From sequence record PP456879.1: a DNA stretch of 64,000 bases. The stretch is one strand, 5' to 3'. This document shows, piece after piece, positions 17,458 through 27,172 of the stretch. The notes beneath the pieces were generated by a model. It was not told where the DNA came from, made no database searches, and saw only the letters and a program-made list of their open reading frames with translations. The translations under genes and the position numbers were made by a program. Within the stretch, counting starts at the first letter, position 1. Each line of letters starts with the position of its first letter.

Positions 17458-18587
17458 TTTAATAAACTTCCATCTACTCTATAAAAACCATGGACATCAC
17501 GTTTACCATTTAGACTAGGTATCTCATATGGATCAGTTGATGGATTTATCAGTTTGATTTTGCATTTATCTAAACGATCACGCAAGCTGATATTACCAGA
17601 TAATGTTAAACCACGATACTGAATATCGACATTATCTAAATCAACAATGAGCGTACTAAGCTCCCCATTTGTTAAGTATGGTACCACAACCGAGTCAATT
17701 ACTTTTGCAATTGTTTTAGCTTCAATATGTATCCAGTTTCCAATATGATTAACAATCTCTGGAAACTTATCTAGATTTAATGTGATGCTATAGTCACACC
17801 TAATTTTGATAATTCCATTACTTGACCAATAATGCATTGCACTATTGATGCCACCTAGATGATTCTCCATAGGTGTGAACTTTAGCCGTCCATTGAAATC
17901 TATAAGCACTTTTGAGTTATCACACGCATCAACTATTCTTGACCGATACATAAACATATTAAGTAGTTTTCTATTGATGGCCACAGTTGTACCATTAGTT
18001 AGTTCAACTACGACGATATCACCATCTGCTTCATAAGACTCTACAATTAGAGTTATTGGGTTACTATCAAATTTGGAATTATCAGATAACCCATCCATCA
18101 CAATCTTGTAATTACTATTAACTGATTTAACTTGATCTATTAAAGATGGATCAATGAAATCCTTAGTGAGTGGTTTTGATGTGAAAATTACAGCCACATT
18201 TAGATCACTATTGATTGGTGTATTTAAAGGTAAGTATTGTTCATTAGAAAAATAGAATAATTTAAGATCTTCTATATCAGTTAGATTAATAATATCTAAT
18301 GAATTATTAGTTACTTTATACATGAATGAATCAAAATTTTGTTCAACAAAATAAATCATCCATGTCTTAGTTTCTTTGGTATAATAACCCCATGCTAAAC
18401 TTCGATCATGTAATTTACCAGATAGCATTCCTGTGAAGTAACCTGACAAAATATCAATTTTATCAACATCTACATTTTCTCTGATGTATTTATCATTTAG
18501 ATCAGCTATCTTTTGTTCTAATGTATCTACCTTTTTTGGTTTGTTAAAACTATCAATAACATTTTTTAAGTACTTAAACATAATCAT
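17454..18587 (-). CDS. hypothetical protein
   Basis: 377-aa ORF, SD AAGGT. Confidence 0.78.
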   Translation of the reverse strand: MIMFKYLKNVIDSFNKPKKVDTLEQKIADLNDKYIRENVDVDKIDILSGYFTGMLSGKLHDRSLAWGYYTKETKTWMIYFVEQNFDSFMYKVTNNSLDIINLTDIEDLKLFYFSNEQYLPLNTPINSDLNVAVIFTSKPLTKDFIDPSLIDQVKSVNSNYKIVMDGLSDNSKFDSNPITLIVESYEADGDIVVVELTNGTTVAINRKLLNMFMYRSRIVDACDNSKVLIDFNGRLKFTPMENHLGGINSAMHYWSSNGIIKIRCDYSITLNLDKFPEIVNHIGNWIHIEAKTIAKVIDSVVVPYLTNGELSTLIVDLDNVDIQYRGLTLSGNISLRDRLDKCKIKLINPSTDPYEIPSLNGKRDVHGFYRVDGSLLK

Positions 18588-18618
18588 AAATTACCTTTTG
18601 AGTATAAACACGGAATAA

Positions 18619-18638
18619 AAGCGGTGTACACACCGCTT
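18619..18638 (-). terminator. intrinsic terminator
   Basis: AAGCGGTG-TGTA-CACCGCTT followed by TTATT. Confidence 0.72.
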
Positions 18639-18936
18639 ATTGTTCAAATTTGATTTTGATATATCCACCACCAACATTAGGCTGCTTAGGTCTTAGCCAT
18701 CCTAGATTAAGATCCATATTCAAAACAAACGTATATGCTGTTACTCCATTTTCATCATCAACACTAATGGAGTGCCATCCATCATGATTTTGATCTTTAA
18801 GAGAATGGATTTTGGGATATAGTTGATTATGATTCAAATCAAATACTGTAACATCTCCAATTGATCTAATTGGATAACCGCGAGATCCTAAATGATGGGC
18901 TCCTCTGCGGTCCAGTGAAATAATAGCTTCGTTCAC
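18637..18936 (-). CDS. hypothetical early protein
   Basis: 99 aa, GTG start with SD GAGG, downstream of the variant promoter at 18981. Confidence 0.7.
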   Translation of the reverse strand: MNEAIISLDRRGAHHLGSRGYPIRSIGDVTVFDLNHNQLYPKIHSLKDQNHDGWHSISVDDENGVTAYTFVLNMDLNLGWLRPKQPNVGGGYIKIKFEQ

Positions 18937-18980
18937 GATAATTACCTCATGTAGATGTTTCCATTAGTATATGCTAATCT

Positions 18981-19005
18981 ATAATGTAGATCTCAAATAA
19001 AATTT
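18981..19005 (-). promoter_or_regulatory. variant early promoter
   Basis: AAATTTTATTTGAGATC-TACATTAT; upstream element identical to the 2865 promoter, core has two mismatches to TATATTAC. Confidence 0.5.
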
Positions 19006-19034
19006 AGTGCAATAGCCCTCCCCGAAGGGAGGGC
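18990..19034. repeat. 45-bp exact direct repeat, copy 2 (includes UUCG terminator 19015..19034)
   Basis: identical to 2874..2918. Confidence 0.9.
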
Positions 19035-19046
19035 TTTATGACAACA

Positions 19047-19277
19047 TTACCGCTTACTCATTATCGCAGCTAGTTCAACTTTAAATAATGCTTCTTCGAC
19101 TTTACGAGAAATAGCATTTATTTGAACACGTTTATTATTTTCACGATCTAATGCAATTGTATTTTTTCGTGTACAATAATCGTGTAAACCCAGTTGTCGC
19201 CTAACATAGAAAATAACAATTAATTTCAAAACACGAATATATCTCATAACGCGCTTGAACATTTTATAAATCCTCAA
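19047..19277 (-). CDS. small hypothetical protein, possible membrane anchor
   Basis: 76 aa; basic and hydrophobic N-terminus. Confidence 0.6.
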   Translation of the reverse strand: MRIYKMFKRVMRYIRVLKLIVIFYVRRQLGLHDYCTRKNTIALDRENNKRVQINAISRKVEEALFKVELAAIMSKR

Positions 19278-19281
19278 TAAT

Positions 19282-19473
19282 TTAAGGAATTGCTTTTAAA
19301 GCTTCTTCGCGTTCAGCTAAAAGCTTATCATATTGTATTTGTAATCGGTTAATTTCCGCACGAGTTAATTTTGTCTTAGCATTAGGTTTCAACTTATGGT
19401 TAATATCAACGGTAATACCATGGTACCTAAATAGAGCTTCCATTTTGGCTATTTTCTTTTCAATATCATCCAT
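19282..19473 (-). CDS. small hypothetical protein
   Basis: 63 aa with a helical, coiled-coil-like pattern. Confidence 0.65.
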   Translation of the reverse strand: MDDIEKKIAKMEALFRYHGITVDINHKLKPNAKTKLTRAEINRLQIQYDKLLAEREEALKAIP

Positions 19474-19503
19474 AGCTAAAATCCAAAAAAATAATAATGA
19501 CTA

Positions 19504-19523
19504 AGGGGACCAGAAGGTCCCCT
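19504..19523 (-). terminator. intrinsic terminator
   Basis: AGGGGACC-TTCT-GGTCCCCT. Confidence 0.7.
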
Positions 19524-19529
19524 ATATCG

Positions 19530-20006
19530 TTAGGCAGTAATAGCGCGGCGGAAGACTGAATCAAACTCTTCCTGGTATGCTTTAATCAGCTTTGCAGTTT
19601 CTTCACAAATGGTATTATTACCATAAAATGCATCTGCAAAAGATTCTTGCTTACGTACTTCACAACCGAATAGCTCAAGACCATTTTTTGCTAGCTCAAC
19701 TTTGAACTTAGCTAATTCGGTCATACCAATTGGTTTGGCCCGCCCTTCTTCGATACCATTTTCTTTTAGTTTAATATTATCACATACACTGCAATGACGA
19801 ACATCTTTTTGTTTGTTCTTACGGAAGTTAGGACTTGATTTAGTTTGTTTTGCAGCAATGTCCATAAAGGTTTCCCTAGAATTTTTACGAACCGCAGCTT
19901 CATGATTCTTTTTAGCTCGATTTTTCTGTTTCTTCTGAACCGGCTTCGGCTGTACACCCAGCATTGAACCAAGTTCACTCCAGGAAGAAATAGTATTGCG
20001 TGACAT
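19530..20006 (-). CDS. basic early protein with CxxC motif
   Basis: Lys/Arg-rich N-half, CSVC; SD AGGAG; follows the promoter at 20046. Confidence 0.78.
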   Translation of the reverse strand: MSRNTISSWSELGSMLGVQPKPVQKKQKNRAKKNHEAAVRKNSRETFMDIAAKQTKSSPNFRKNKQKDVRHCSVCDNIKLKENGIEEGRAKPIGMTELAKFKVELAKNGLELFGCEVRKQESFADAFYGNNTICEETAKLIKAYQEEFDSVFRRAITA

Positions 20007-20045
20007 GTATTAGAATCTCCTATATATGTTGATTATATCACATTT

Positions 20046-20069
20046 GTGATATACTGTTTAAAATGCTTT
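20046..20069 (-). promoter_or_regulatory. early promoter (TATATCAC variant)
   Basis: AAAGCATTTTAAACAG-TATATCAC, very similar to the 3297 promoter. Confidence 0.68.
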
Positions 20070-20096
20070 GAATGTATAAACCACTATGTTGGTCAA

Positions 20097-20333
20097 TCAT
20101 AGATAGAATGGTTCATGAATAACAACCCGATAACGAGTGTTATATTGGTTAATTGGAAACATATGAACAATCTTAAAATGCAGTTCAGCAACCAAATTAA
20201 AGAATTCAGCATGCATGTTATCAGTTGAAATATCAAATGAGATTGTATCATTAACTGCACAAAGTTCTGAATCAGATGCCTTTGTAATTTCAGTTAGCCG
20301 ACTGACAAACTTTTCTTGGTTAGGACTAAGCAT
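20097..20333 (-). CDS. hypothetical protein
   Basis: 78-aa ORF directly after dcd. Confidence 0.65.
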   Translation of the reverse strand: MLSPNQEKFVSRLTEITKASDSELCAVNDTISFDISTDNMHAEFFNLVAELHFKIVHMFPINQYNTRYRVVIHEPFYL

Positions 20334-20335
20334 TA

Positions 20336-20905
20336 TTAAAGTCTCGCTGTTGTGATACCAATTTGATTTTGATATTTACCATTACGTTTTGCATAACTAA
20401 CTTCACATGGGGCATCACCTCTAAAGAACATAAACTGAGCAATACCCATATCAGCATAAATTTTTAGAGGTAGTGTAGTGCAGTTTGCAATCTCAATAAC
20501 GACTTGTCCTTTGAAACCTGGTTCAATAGGAGTGACATTAACAATTGCACCTAGTCGTGCATAGGTTGATTTACCTGTGCAAATAGCTAGGACATCATCT
20601 GGAATATTAAACGATTCTACAGTATGACCAAGAATATAACTGTTAGGTGGAATAATACAATAATCACCAGTCCAATCTACTAAGAATCCATCACTAGGGT
20701 CTAATGGGTCAATAACTGCACTTGTTACATTAGAAAAGATCTTAAAATTACGGGCTAGCCTTACATCGTACCCATATGAACTAAGCCCATAACTAATAAT
20801 CTTTTTACCATCTTTTTCACGGACCTGGTGACCAATGAAATCCGTAATCATTGGTTCACGACCTTTAGATAAGTCAGTGATTGTTTTATCAGATAGAATA
20901 GCCAT
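20336..20905 (-). CDS. dcd: dCTP deaminase
   Basis: ISYGLSSYGYDVRL, CTGKSTYARLG, VTPIEPGFKGQVVIEIAN, Y..R.GKYQNQ.GIT.ARL. Confidence 0.96.
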   Translation of the reverse strand: MAILSDKTITDLSKGREPMITDFIGHQVREKDGKKIISYGLSSYGYDVRLARNFKIFSNVTSAVIDPLDPSDGFLVDWTGDYCIIPPNSYILGHTVESFNIPDDVLAICTGKSTYARLGAIVNVTPIEPGFKGQVVIEIANCTTLPLKIYADMGIAQFMFFRGDAPCEVSYAKRNGKYQNQIGITTARL

Positions 20906-20928
20906 TTTTAACTTTTCCTGTTAAGTAA

Positions 20929-21513
20929 TCATCCCCAGAATCGGGCGATGAAGTGAACACACTCCATCTTTTTAGTTTCTTCCAGGAACTTGAAATAACC
21001 ATCATCCACACCATTGCTCAAAAATAGCTGGCGATAGGTTTTTTCCGAAATGACTTCACCATTAACATCTTGATCGAACATCGTTGGCTTCTGATCATAA
21101 TCGAAGTTCCAGAGGTCTTCCATATTGAAGATCATTGTAAGTGGGTACCAACCATCTTCACTATAATAGGCGTACGGTGTTAGATTGTCCTGTTTGGAAT
21201 TGACAATTTGTGAAAGGCGACCTTCAAAGTTGTTCCATACTGGATGCGAGTCATCACTGACGAGTGTACCAAATCCACAGCCTTTAAGAGTCGGTCGACA
21301 GAATCGGTTGGTATACTCATTATTATCGGTTAACCAATCCCAAAGATAATAGCAACGGCTAAAGTTAAGAGCCTCGCATGTATGCATGTCAATGAATTTA
21401 AGTACACGTGCACCATCTGAAGAACGTGTGGAACGTTTGGTAACTACAGGGAAAACATCAATACCCATTTTAATCATCCATTTAACAGAATTTTTCTTGA
21501 CCAGGGATTTCAC
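20929..21513 (-). CDS. hypothetical protein
   Basis: 194-aa ORF. Confidence 0.72.
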   Translation of the reverse strand: MKSLVKKNSVKWMIKMGIDVFPVVTKRSTRSSDGARVLKFIDMHTCEALNFSRCYYLWDWLTDNNEYTNRFCRPTLKGCGFGTLVSDDSHPVWNNFEGRLSQIVNSKQDNLTPYAYYSEDGWYPLTMIFNMEDLWNFDYDQKPTMFDQDVNGEVISEKTYRQLFLSNGVDDGYFKFLEETKKMECVHFIARFWG

Positions 21514-21826
21514 CGTCCATAACCTCTAGTACCCAACGGCCAGTCATCAACTCACGTGCAACATCACATGCCGCCCCGCCAATCTTCTCAGCTACTTTGT
21601 CCAGCAGAATTGGATGATAGTTGTGATCACCCATTACTGCGAACTTGCTTTCCCGTTCTATTTCAGCAAGTAAATCAGTGTCAACCCATTCAACACGCCC
21701 ATCTGGATAGACAATATTAAGACCATACCACTTACAATAGTTTTCGATGGTTACAACTGGAATGCCATAAACACCTTTAAAACACAGCGGTAACTTACGA
21801 TCTGAGTAATGAATACGTTCAGTCAT
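21482..21826 (-). CDS. hypothetical protein
   Basis: 114 aa, overlaps neighbours (ATGA coupling). Confidence 0.72.
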   Translation of the reverse strand: MTERIHYSDRKLPLCFKGVYGIPVVTIENYCKWYGLNIVYPDGRVEWVDTDLLAEIERESKFAVMGDHNYHPILLDKVAEKIGGAACDVARELMTGRWVLEVMDGEIPGQEKFC

Positions 21827-22242
21827 TTGCCATTCACCAATTCAAAATAATTTTTTAGTAGATCTTCAGTTATTGGACGAGTATGTTCTTTAATCGATAA
21901 TTCCTTACTGTTCATTTCAATTTCATATTCAGAAATTTGAAATTGCTTATGTGGCACTGAACCATCTAACATAATGATCACATCTGCTAAGACTTGATCC
22001 ACTGCACATTGCAACAAATTATTAACTTGTTGATTATCAGTAAGTGAGTAATCATTGATGGCTTTATTACGAATGTCATATAGCCTTTTACTTAAAGGAG
22101 TATTACGTTCAATATGTTCTGTTCGCCACTCTTCTAAAATCTGTTCTGTACTTAGTTTGGATAATGACGATCCGCCAAGTTTCTTCCTAACTTCATTTTC
22201 TGAAAATGGTTTATCATGCCAGAATTGATGATCTTGTTTCAT
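21823..22242 (-). CDS. hypothetical protein
   Basis: 139 aa, SD AAGGA. Confidence 0.72.
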   Translation of the reverse strand: MKQDHQFWHDKPFSENEVRKKLGGSSLSKLSTEQILEEWRTEHIERNTPLSKRLYDIRNKAINDYSLTDNQQVNNLLQCAVDQVLADVIIMLDGSVPHKQFQISEYEIEMNSKELSIKEHTRPITEDLLKNYFELVNGK

Positions 22243-22254
22243 AGTGAATCCTTT

Positions 22255-22512
22255 TTATAATTTAGAAATAGGTTTTAATACCGTATCTTTTTCATTGAAT
22301 GGATTATAAACTTTATGCGGATTAATCATCTTTAGTTGCTCATTCTTTCTTTCTAAATAAGCATCTGATGGTTTAATTGTTTTAGTTTTCCAAAAGTCAT
22401 CGATTGGTTTTAACTTATCCATTTCTGACTGTTCGTTATCAAAAGGAGTTTCCCGATTTCTTAGTCGGGTCGAATTGAATAGGAGTCGTAAACTCCCGTC
22501 GTAATTCCTCAT
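22255..22512 (-). CDS. hypothetical protein
   Basis: 85-aa ORF; 5' end overlapped by a 54-aa ORF 22439..22603. Confidence 0.55.
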   Translation of the reverse strand: MRNYDGSLRLLFNSTRLRNRETPFDNEQSEMDKLKPIDDFWKTKTIKPSDAYLERKNEQLKMINPHKVYNPFNEKDTVLKPISKL

Positions 22513-22628
22513 CTAAATTCTTCTCTTGAATTAATTTAGGAAAATGTTTTCTAACTGTTTTAATTGAAGCTATTAAATTGGAATAGGCTTTTTCTATGGA
22601 CATTTTTATAACTCAAAATACATTATAA

Positions 22629-22652
22629 AGACAGTGGCTAAAACCACTGTCT
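22629..22652 (-). terminator. intrinsic terminator
   Basis: AGACAGTGG-loop-CCACTGTCT followed by TTAT. Confidence 0.7.
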
Positions 22653-22763
22653 AATTATTTCCCATAATGATCCACCTATAACTGCACTTAGAAAAAGCAT
22701 TTTGAATATGGGTGGTTCTTCTTGTTCATGTTGCATGTCTGATTTATTATTTTCGCTAGCCAT
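22638..22763 (-). CDS. 41-aa peptide with C-terminal hydrophobic segment (not in ORF track)
   Basis: MASENNKSDMQHEQEEPPIFKMLFLSAVIGGSLWEIIRQWF*; stop lies inside the terminator 22629..22652. Confidence 0.55.
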   Translation of the reverse strand: MASENNKSDMQHEQEEPPIFKMLFLSAVIGGSLWEIIRQWF

Positions 22764-22774
22764 TTTCTTTTACT

Positions 22775-23143
22775 CTAATGCCCACCATATTCTCTAATTT
22801 TCTCACCATCCCAAAACTCATAACCAGTCATATTGTGATTAAATGGCTTTATTTTAGTAAACCCACTACGATAGATCCAGAAATGACCAGTGCCTCTTTT
22901 TAAGCGGCACTTATACATTGCTTTTTTCTCATATTCCGTGGGAGGGCTAATTTCTAGAACTTCAAGTTCATCACCCCGTATACAGAATAGCGCTGGTGGA
23001 TGCTCACAGGATGCTTTCATACCGAGAACACCTGTTGACCAAACTGTATCACCTGGCTTAATAACAGTGATGTCATTTGATACAGGTATTACAGGAATTG
23101 CACACATATTAGATGCTCCAGAGTAATTACCTCCAAAGAGCAA
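22775..23143 (-). CDS. hypothetical protein (SH3-like beta pattern; true start probably MCAIP)
   Basis: IKPGDTVW...IRGDELEVLEI...YKCRL...FWIY. Confidence 0.62.
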   Translation of the reverse strand: MLFGGNYSGASNMCAIPVIPVSNDITVIKPGDTVWSTGVLGMKASCEHPPALFCIRGDELEVLEISPPTEYEKKAMYKCRLKRGTGHFWIYRSGFTKIKPFNHNMTGYEFWDGEKIREYGGH

Positions 23144-23234
23144 ACACTGATATATTCATAGTCTGCTCTTTAGTAATATTTAAGAAGTTGGAATACTCAT
23201 ACTGGAGATAAACTAATGTCCATTTATACTAATC

Positions 23235-23837
23235 TCATTGTGTATAATAATTCTTTTTGAGATTATCCATATCGTAAGAATCATGTTTGAACTCAAACTT
23301 CTTAGCTATCTCACTCGAAAAAGCTTGTTTACGTTTTTCTTCTTGTTCACGGATATCGTAAGGACCATTCTCTTTAACAAGATATTTTTTATACGGCCCA
23401 GTTCCTTGGATATATCCATCAGGAATAATGGTTGTGAGATATTTAGCCTCTACCAACCGGATGCACCGTCCATAACCAACTTCATTGGCATGACGAACTT
23501 GGATTAGTTGTCTATTCTTGGCAATACGTTCAGATATGCATGGGAAGTAAACCGGATCATCTCCTTTTTTACAGTTACCCATATCAACCTTTGCGTACAG
23601 AATTTTTCTATGATTGGCTTCGAAGAAAGCCCGAGCTTCACGAATACGTTGGGACCGAATAGCTTCCTTAGTTCTGACATTCTTTAGATGTGCAGGTTGT
23701 AAAAAAGGATTCATCTTTCGCACGTGACGTTGGATAAGTTTTGTCGTGTAATGAGGTGAATCATTAGCCATAGCCAGTAGGCTATTGTACATCTCAATCG
23801 ACATGATTACTTGCTGCGGGTCATTATTGCGCTGCAT
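23235..23837 (-). CDS. hypothetical protein
   Basis: 200 aa, SD GGAG. Confidence 0.75.
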   Translation of the reverse strand: MQRNNDPQQVIMSIEMYNSLLAMANDSPHYTTKLIQRHVRKMNPFLQPAHLKNVRTKEAIRSQRIREARAFFEANHRKILYAKVDMGNCKKGDDPVYFPCISERIAKNRQLIQVRHANEVGYGRCIRLVEAKYLTTIIPDGYIQGTGPYKKYLVKENGPYDIREQEEKRKQAFSSEIAKKFEFKHDSYDMDNLKKNYYTQ

Positions 23838-23944
23838 GCTGATCTCCGTATGTGAAATAATGCTTTACTTTAAGGTCATCAGGATTATAAATAACACGTT
23901 GGAATTCATGTTTCTTCGCTAGTTTAAAAGCAGCTTACTTTTCC

Positions 23945-25045
23945 TTAGAAACCTACACGACTTGCTTTGCGTGGGCTACTGCAAGAACTAGTATTCAATG
24001 CTTCAGCTAAAGTAAGATTATTACCGACAAACTCAACTGGATCTAGACCATTAGCTAAACGAGCTGCATTCGCTTGTTCAGCAGTAAGTGTTTTGAAGGT
24101 AAGAATATCGAAAGCACGGCCAGGTCGAACTAAAGCTTCATCAACATCACGAAGAGTCGGAAGATTAGTAGAAATGATAATCTTGGTCTTAGTAGATACT
24201 AGACCAGCTGTAGCATTTAATAGCCCTGACATATTACTATTACCATCTACACGTTTAGCCACCATTTTATCAGAGTCTTCTGTAATAATGAGTGAATTAT
24301 CCTCAACACCACGAATAAAATTAGTCAAACCGGCGTGGCCAAGTACATCATCTTGATCAGCTAGATACACATTACGATCATTATAACCACGAGCCCGAAT
24401 AATCTCATTGATATAATTAGACTTACCAGTACCAGGAGGACCAATCAATAGTAGAACATTAGATTCAGATGCAGCGAATTCAGTCCAGATTTCAGCTGGA
24501 GATCGATCTAGGAATGGATACATTTCCATCATATTTGGATTGTAGTTACGAACAGAAATAACTTCACTAAAGCTATATAGTTCATTATTTTGATAGTTAA
24601 CCCGAATTCTTTTAATACTAGGTGGACGAGTCTGATCAAATACTTCTTCAAAACGTAATTTAAATACTTTGATCAGTTCTTCATTGGAGTATAATCTAAA
24701 GTTCTGACTAGTGGTACCTTCCATTCCATTCATTAGGAAACCAATGATTCCTTCATCATCTAGTAATGCAAAACCACCACTAATTCTGAATGCTTTCAGA
24801 TTTAAAGGGCTTATAACTTCATCACATAGTTTGTAAATTTGTTCTTTGATGAATTCTTTTCTATCAACTCCAAAAGGATAGTGAATACGTAGATCTTCAC
24901 TATCTGAACTAATTCCCTGTTCATTAAGAGTATAGCGATATGCATTGGAAATTGCACGGCCATTATCAACCTCCATAGCAATGGAGATAAAACGATCAAT
25001 CCACTTCTGCTGGACTAACGTAAGTTTGCTATTACGATAATTCAT
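23945..25045 (-). CDS. AAA+ ATPase
   Basis: Walker A GPPGTGKS, Walker B IITEDSD, sensor-1 ISTN, DEALVRPGR arginine finger. Confidence 0.92.
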   Translation of the reverse strand: MNYRNSKLTLVQQKWIDRFISIAMEVDNGRAISNAYRYTLNEQGISSDSEDLRIHYPFGVDRKEFIKEQIYKLCDEVISPLNLKAFRISGGFALLDDEGIIGFLMNGMEGTTSQNFRLYSNEELIKVFKLRFEEVFDQTRPPSIKRIRVNYQNNELYSFSEVISVRNYNPNMMEMYPFLDRSPAEIWTEFAASESNVLLLIGPPGTGKSNYINEIIRARGYNDRNVYLADQDDVLGHAGLTNFIRGVEDNSLIITEDSDKMVAKRVDGNSNMSGLLNATAGLVSTKTKIIISTNLPTLRDVDEALVRPGRAFDILTFKTLTAEQANAARLANGLDPVEFVGNNLTLAEALNTSSCSSPRKASRVGF

Positions 25046-25088
25046 TTGATGTTCCTTTTCTAATTGATAATCTAATTTGAGACGATAT

Positions 25089-25114
25089 AAACCCTCCTAC
25101 TAAGAGGAGGGTTT
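25089..25114 (-). terminator. intrinsic terminator
   Basis: AAACCCTCCT-loop-AGGAGGGTTT. Confidence 0.72.
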
Positions 25115-25148
25115 ATTTTGGCTATTATAACTAATTCATTTGAGAAAA

Positions 25149-25802
25149 TTAATTATTATATTCATCCATCAATTCAGGTAGACGGCTATCTCTAGGATCT
25201 AAGATTTCAGACCAATCAATTGGCATATATGGCTCATCAGATTCATTTTTATTTAACCATTCTTCTAGTCTCTTTACATCATCGGACCAGTATAGGTTAT
25301 ACATAGTTGGCACATTTGCATCTAATGCCAACTGCCACGCTGTATTAGTACCACCACTAATTACAGAGGTTGGTGTCTTTTGTTCACCGTATGCAATAAT
25401 AGTTGAAACAGGTTCACGTAAAGTATGGCCATGAATTTGAAATACATTACGAGTATGTAGTTCAATACCTGTTCTACCTAAACCATTGAAACTTCCCCGA
25501 GCTGCACAGGCCATTGCCATAGCTGTGGGAATGGTATCAGTATATACGGAGGCATCATGAAACCACGCTAGATTCTCAATTCGTCTTCCAAGAAATCCAT
25601 TTCGAATAATGTAAATACGACTTTCTACTGTATCCCATTTATCAGACTGAATTGCACCATACCAACCAGCTCTATCTGATCCATATGCATCGCCTGATGA
25701 AATACCTATACCTAGATCAACAAATGTTCTTCCTGCGCGTATCATCAATTCTAGGGCCCATGTAGGGGCATAGCGACTACCGACAATAGCTGTCATTGCC
25801 AT
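25149..25802 (-). CDS. SLOG/DprA-like Rossmann-fold protein
   Basis: AIVGSR, ISSGDAYGSDRAG (SG.A.G.D), LHTRN..QI.G, SGGT..A..LA. Confidence 0.75.
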   Translation of the reverse strand: MAMTAIVGSRYAPTWALELMIRAGRTFVDLGIGISSGDAYGSDRAGWYGAIQSDKWDTVESRIYIIRNGFLGRRIENLAWFHDASVYTDTIPTAMAMACAARGSFNGLGRTGIELHTRNVFQIHGHTLREPVSTIIAYGEQKTPTSVISGGTNTAWQLALDANVPTMYNLYWSDDVKRLEEWLNKNESDEPYMPIDWSEILDPRDSRLPELMDEYNN

Positions 25803-26512
25803 TATCTAACCCTCATTAGAAGACGGATATCACCGTACTTAAGAACGGCATTTCGGACTTGATAAATAAAAGGTTTAAATTCTTTTCGCTGTTGATCAGC
25901 CGTGAGTGTATAAGTTACTTTGATAGGTTCATTAGGAACATTGCAGAAAGATAGATAACGCGATACTCGACGTAGATTACGTAGGTGATTCTTACCACAT
26001 TTAGGCCCGACTCGTTGTAACCGACCGTCGATAACCTTCCAATCATAATTAGCTTTAAGGTTTAGAGAATAAAAACTTTCAGTTAAATTCTTATAATACT
26101 GTAATTGTTTTTGAGAGATTTTATTAATTTTTGGTTCATCTGTTACAAGACGTGGGCTATACCGTGAATAGCAATCTGGTTCTGACATACGATCCCAGGA
26201 CATATAAGTATATAGACTCATATATACTGTTTTAGTAACTGGTTTAAGCTCACTCATACCTTTTAGAATAGCTTCACCACTAATCCATGCATCACAGCGT
26301 GGATCATCATCATAACTACTCCACCATTCTGGTTTCTTTTTCAGATCATCAGGAACACCATTATGGTAAGCAAATGGTTTTACATCCCAATAATTGCGAA
26401 TATCAAGTAGATATGCATAAAGATCATAATTCTGTGTTAGTTCAATATCTTCGATACCAATCCATTCATTATTTACTTTAGCTTGAGTTTCTAAATATAC
26501 ATAATCACCCAT
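25802..26512 (-). CDS. conserved phage hypothetical protein
   Basis: NYDLYAYLLDIRN...P...NGVPDD pattern seen in phage proteins; coupled to the SLOG gene. Confidence 0.72.
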   Translation of the reverse strand: MGDYVYLETQAKVNNEWIGIEDIELTQNYDLYAYLLDIRNYWDVKPFAYHNGVPDDLKKKPEWWSSYDDDPRCDAWISGEAILKGMSELKPVTKTVYMSLYTYMSWDRMSEPDCYSRYSPRLVTDEPKINKISQKQLQYYKNLTESFYSLNLKANYDWKVIDGRLQRVGPKCGKNHLRNLRRVSRYLSFCNVPNEPIKVTYTLTADQQRKEFKPFIYQVRNAVLKYGDIRLLMRVR

Positions 26513-26716
26513 TTTCTTTATTTCCTGTATTAGATTAATATAAATGTTTTATAACAACTATTTCAATATTGAATAACGTATTATTGGTTGTTTTAATTTA
26601 CTACTCAACCTGATAATGTGTAATACGTCTATCTATATATCTCTTTTCTCTGGTGAAGAGCATTAGCATTATTCCAAGGTAGAGTCCTTATTCTATTAAA
26701 CATATAAGTAAATAAT

Positions 26717-26738
26717 CCCTCCCCAATAAAGGGGAGGG
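26717..26738 (-). terminator. intrinsic terminator
   Basis: CCCTCCCC-TTTATT-GGGGAGGG. Confidence 0.72.
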
Positions 26739-26754
26739 TATATGTTATCTTAAT

Positions 26755-27156
26755 TCATGCTTTTGAAAGATCATATTTAATAGCTTCATCTTTCATAGGA
26801 GTTAATACAATAGTCACTTTTTCAAAACCATGTATATCCCTACCATTATAAGAAATATCAATACTCTCCCAATCCTGGTTAACTACTTCAGCATGAAGAA
26901 TATTTTTAATATTGATAGCATCTGTTTTATCAAACCATTTAAAAACCTTTGGGTTAAATACAAGTTCGAAAGTAGTTTGATATGGATAGCTTTTCTGTTT
27001 AACAAGCCTACTAGATGCTAGTGATGTATTCTCAATATTTCGAATAACATCAATCATTGCTTTACGGATAGTAAGTAATTTACTTTTCAGAACCAAATCA
27101 ATAAATGCTGGATCAGTTGTCATTACTTCTTTTACAGATGGAAATGTGATTTCCAT
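26755..27156 (-). CDS. hypothetical early protein
   Basis: 133 aa, SD GAGGA. Confidence 0.75.
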   Translation of the reverse strand: MEITFPSVKEVMTTDPAFIDLVLKSKLLTIRKAMIDVIRNIENTSLASSRLVKQKSYPYQTTFELVFNPKVFKWFDKTDAINIKNILHAEVVNQDWESIDISYNGRDIHGFEKVTIVLTPMKDEAIKYDLSKA

Positions 27157-27172
27157 AGCATCCTCTTATAGG

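Noticed and set aside
23967-24356. 129-aa plus-strand ORF and similar antisense ORFs (for example 5843..6232, 9024..9446, 13298..13660, 28729..29160, 49654..50100)
   Set aside because: All lie opposite well-supported genes and lack SDs or motifs; codon-bias shadows
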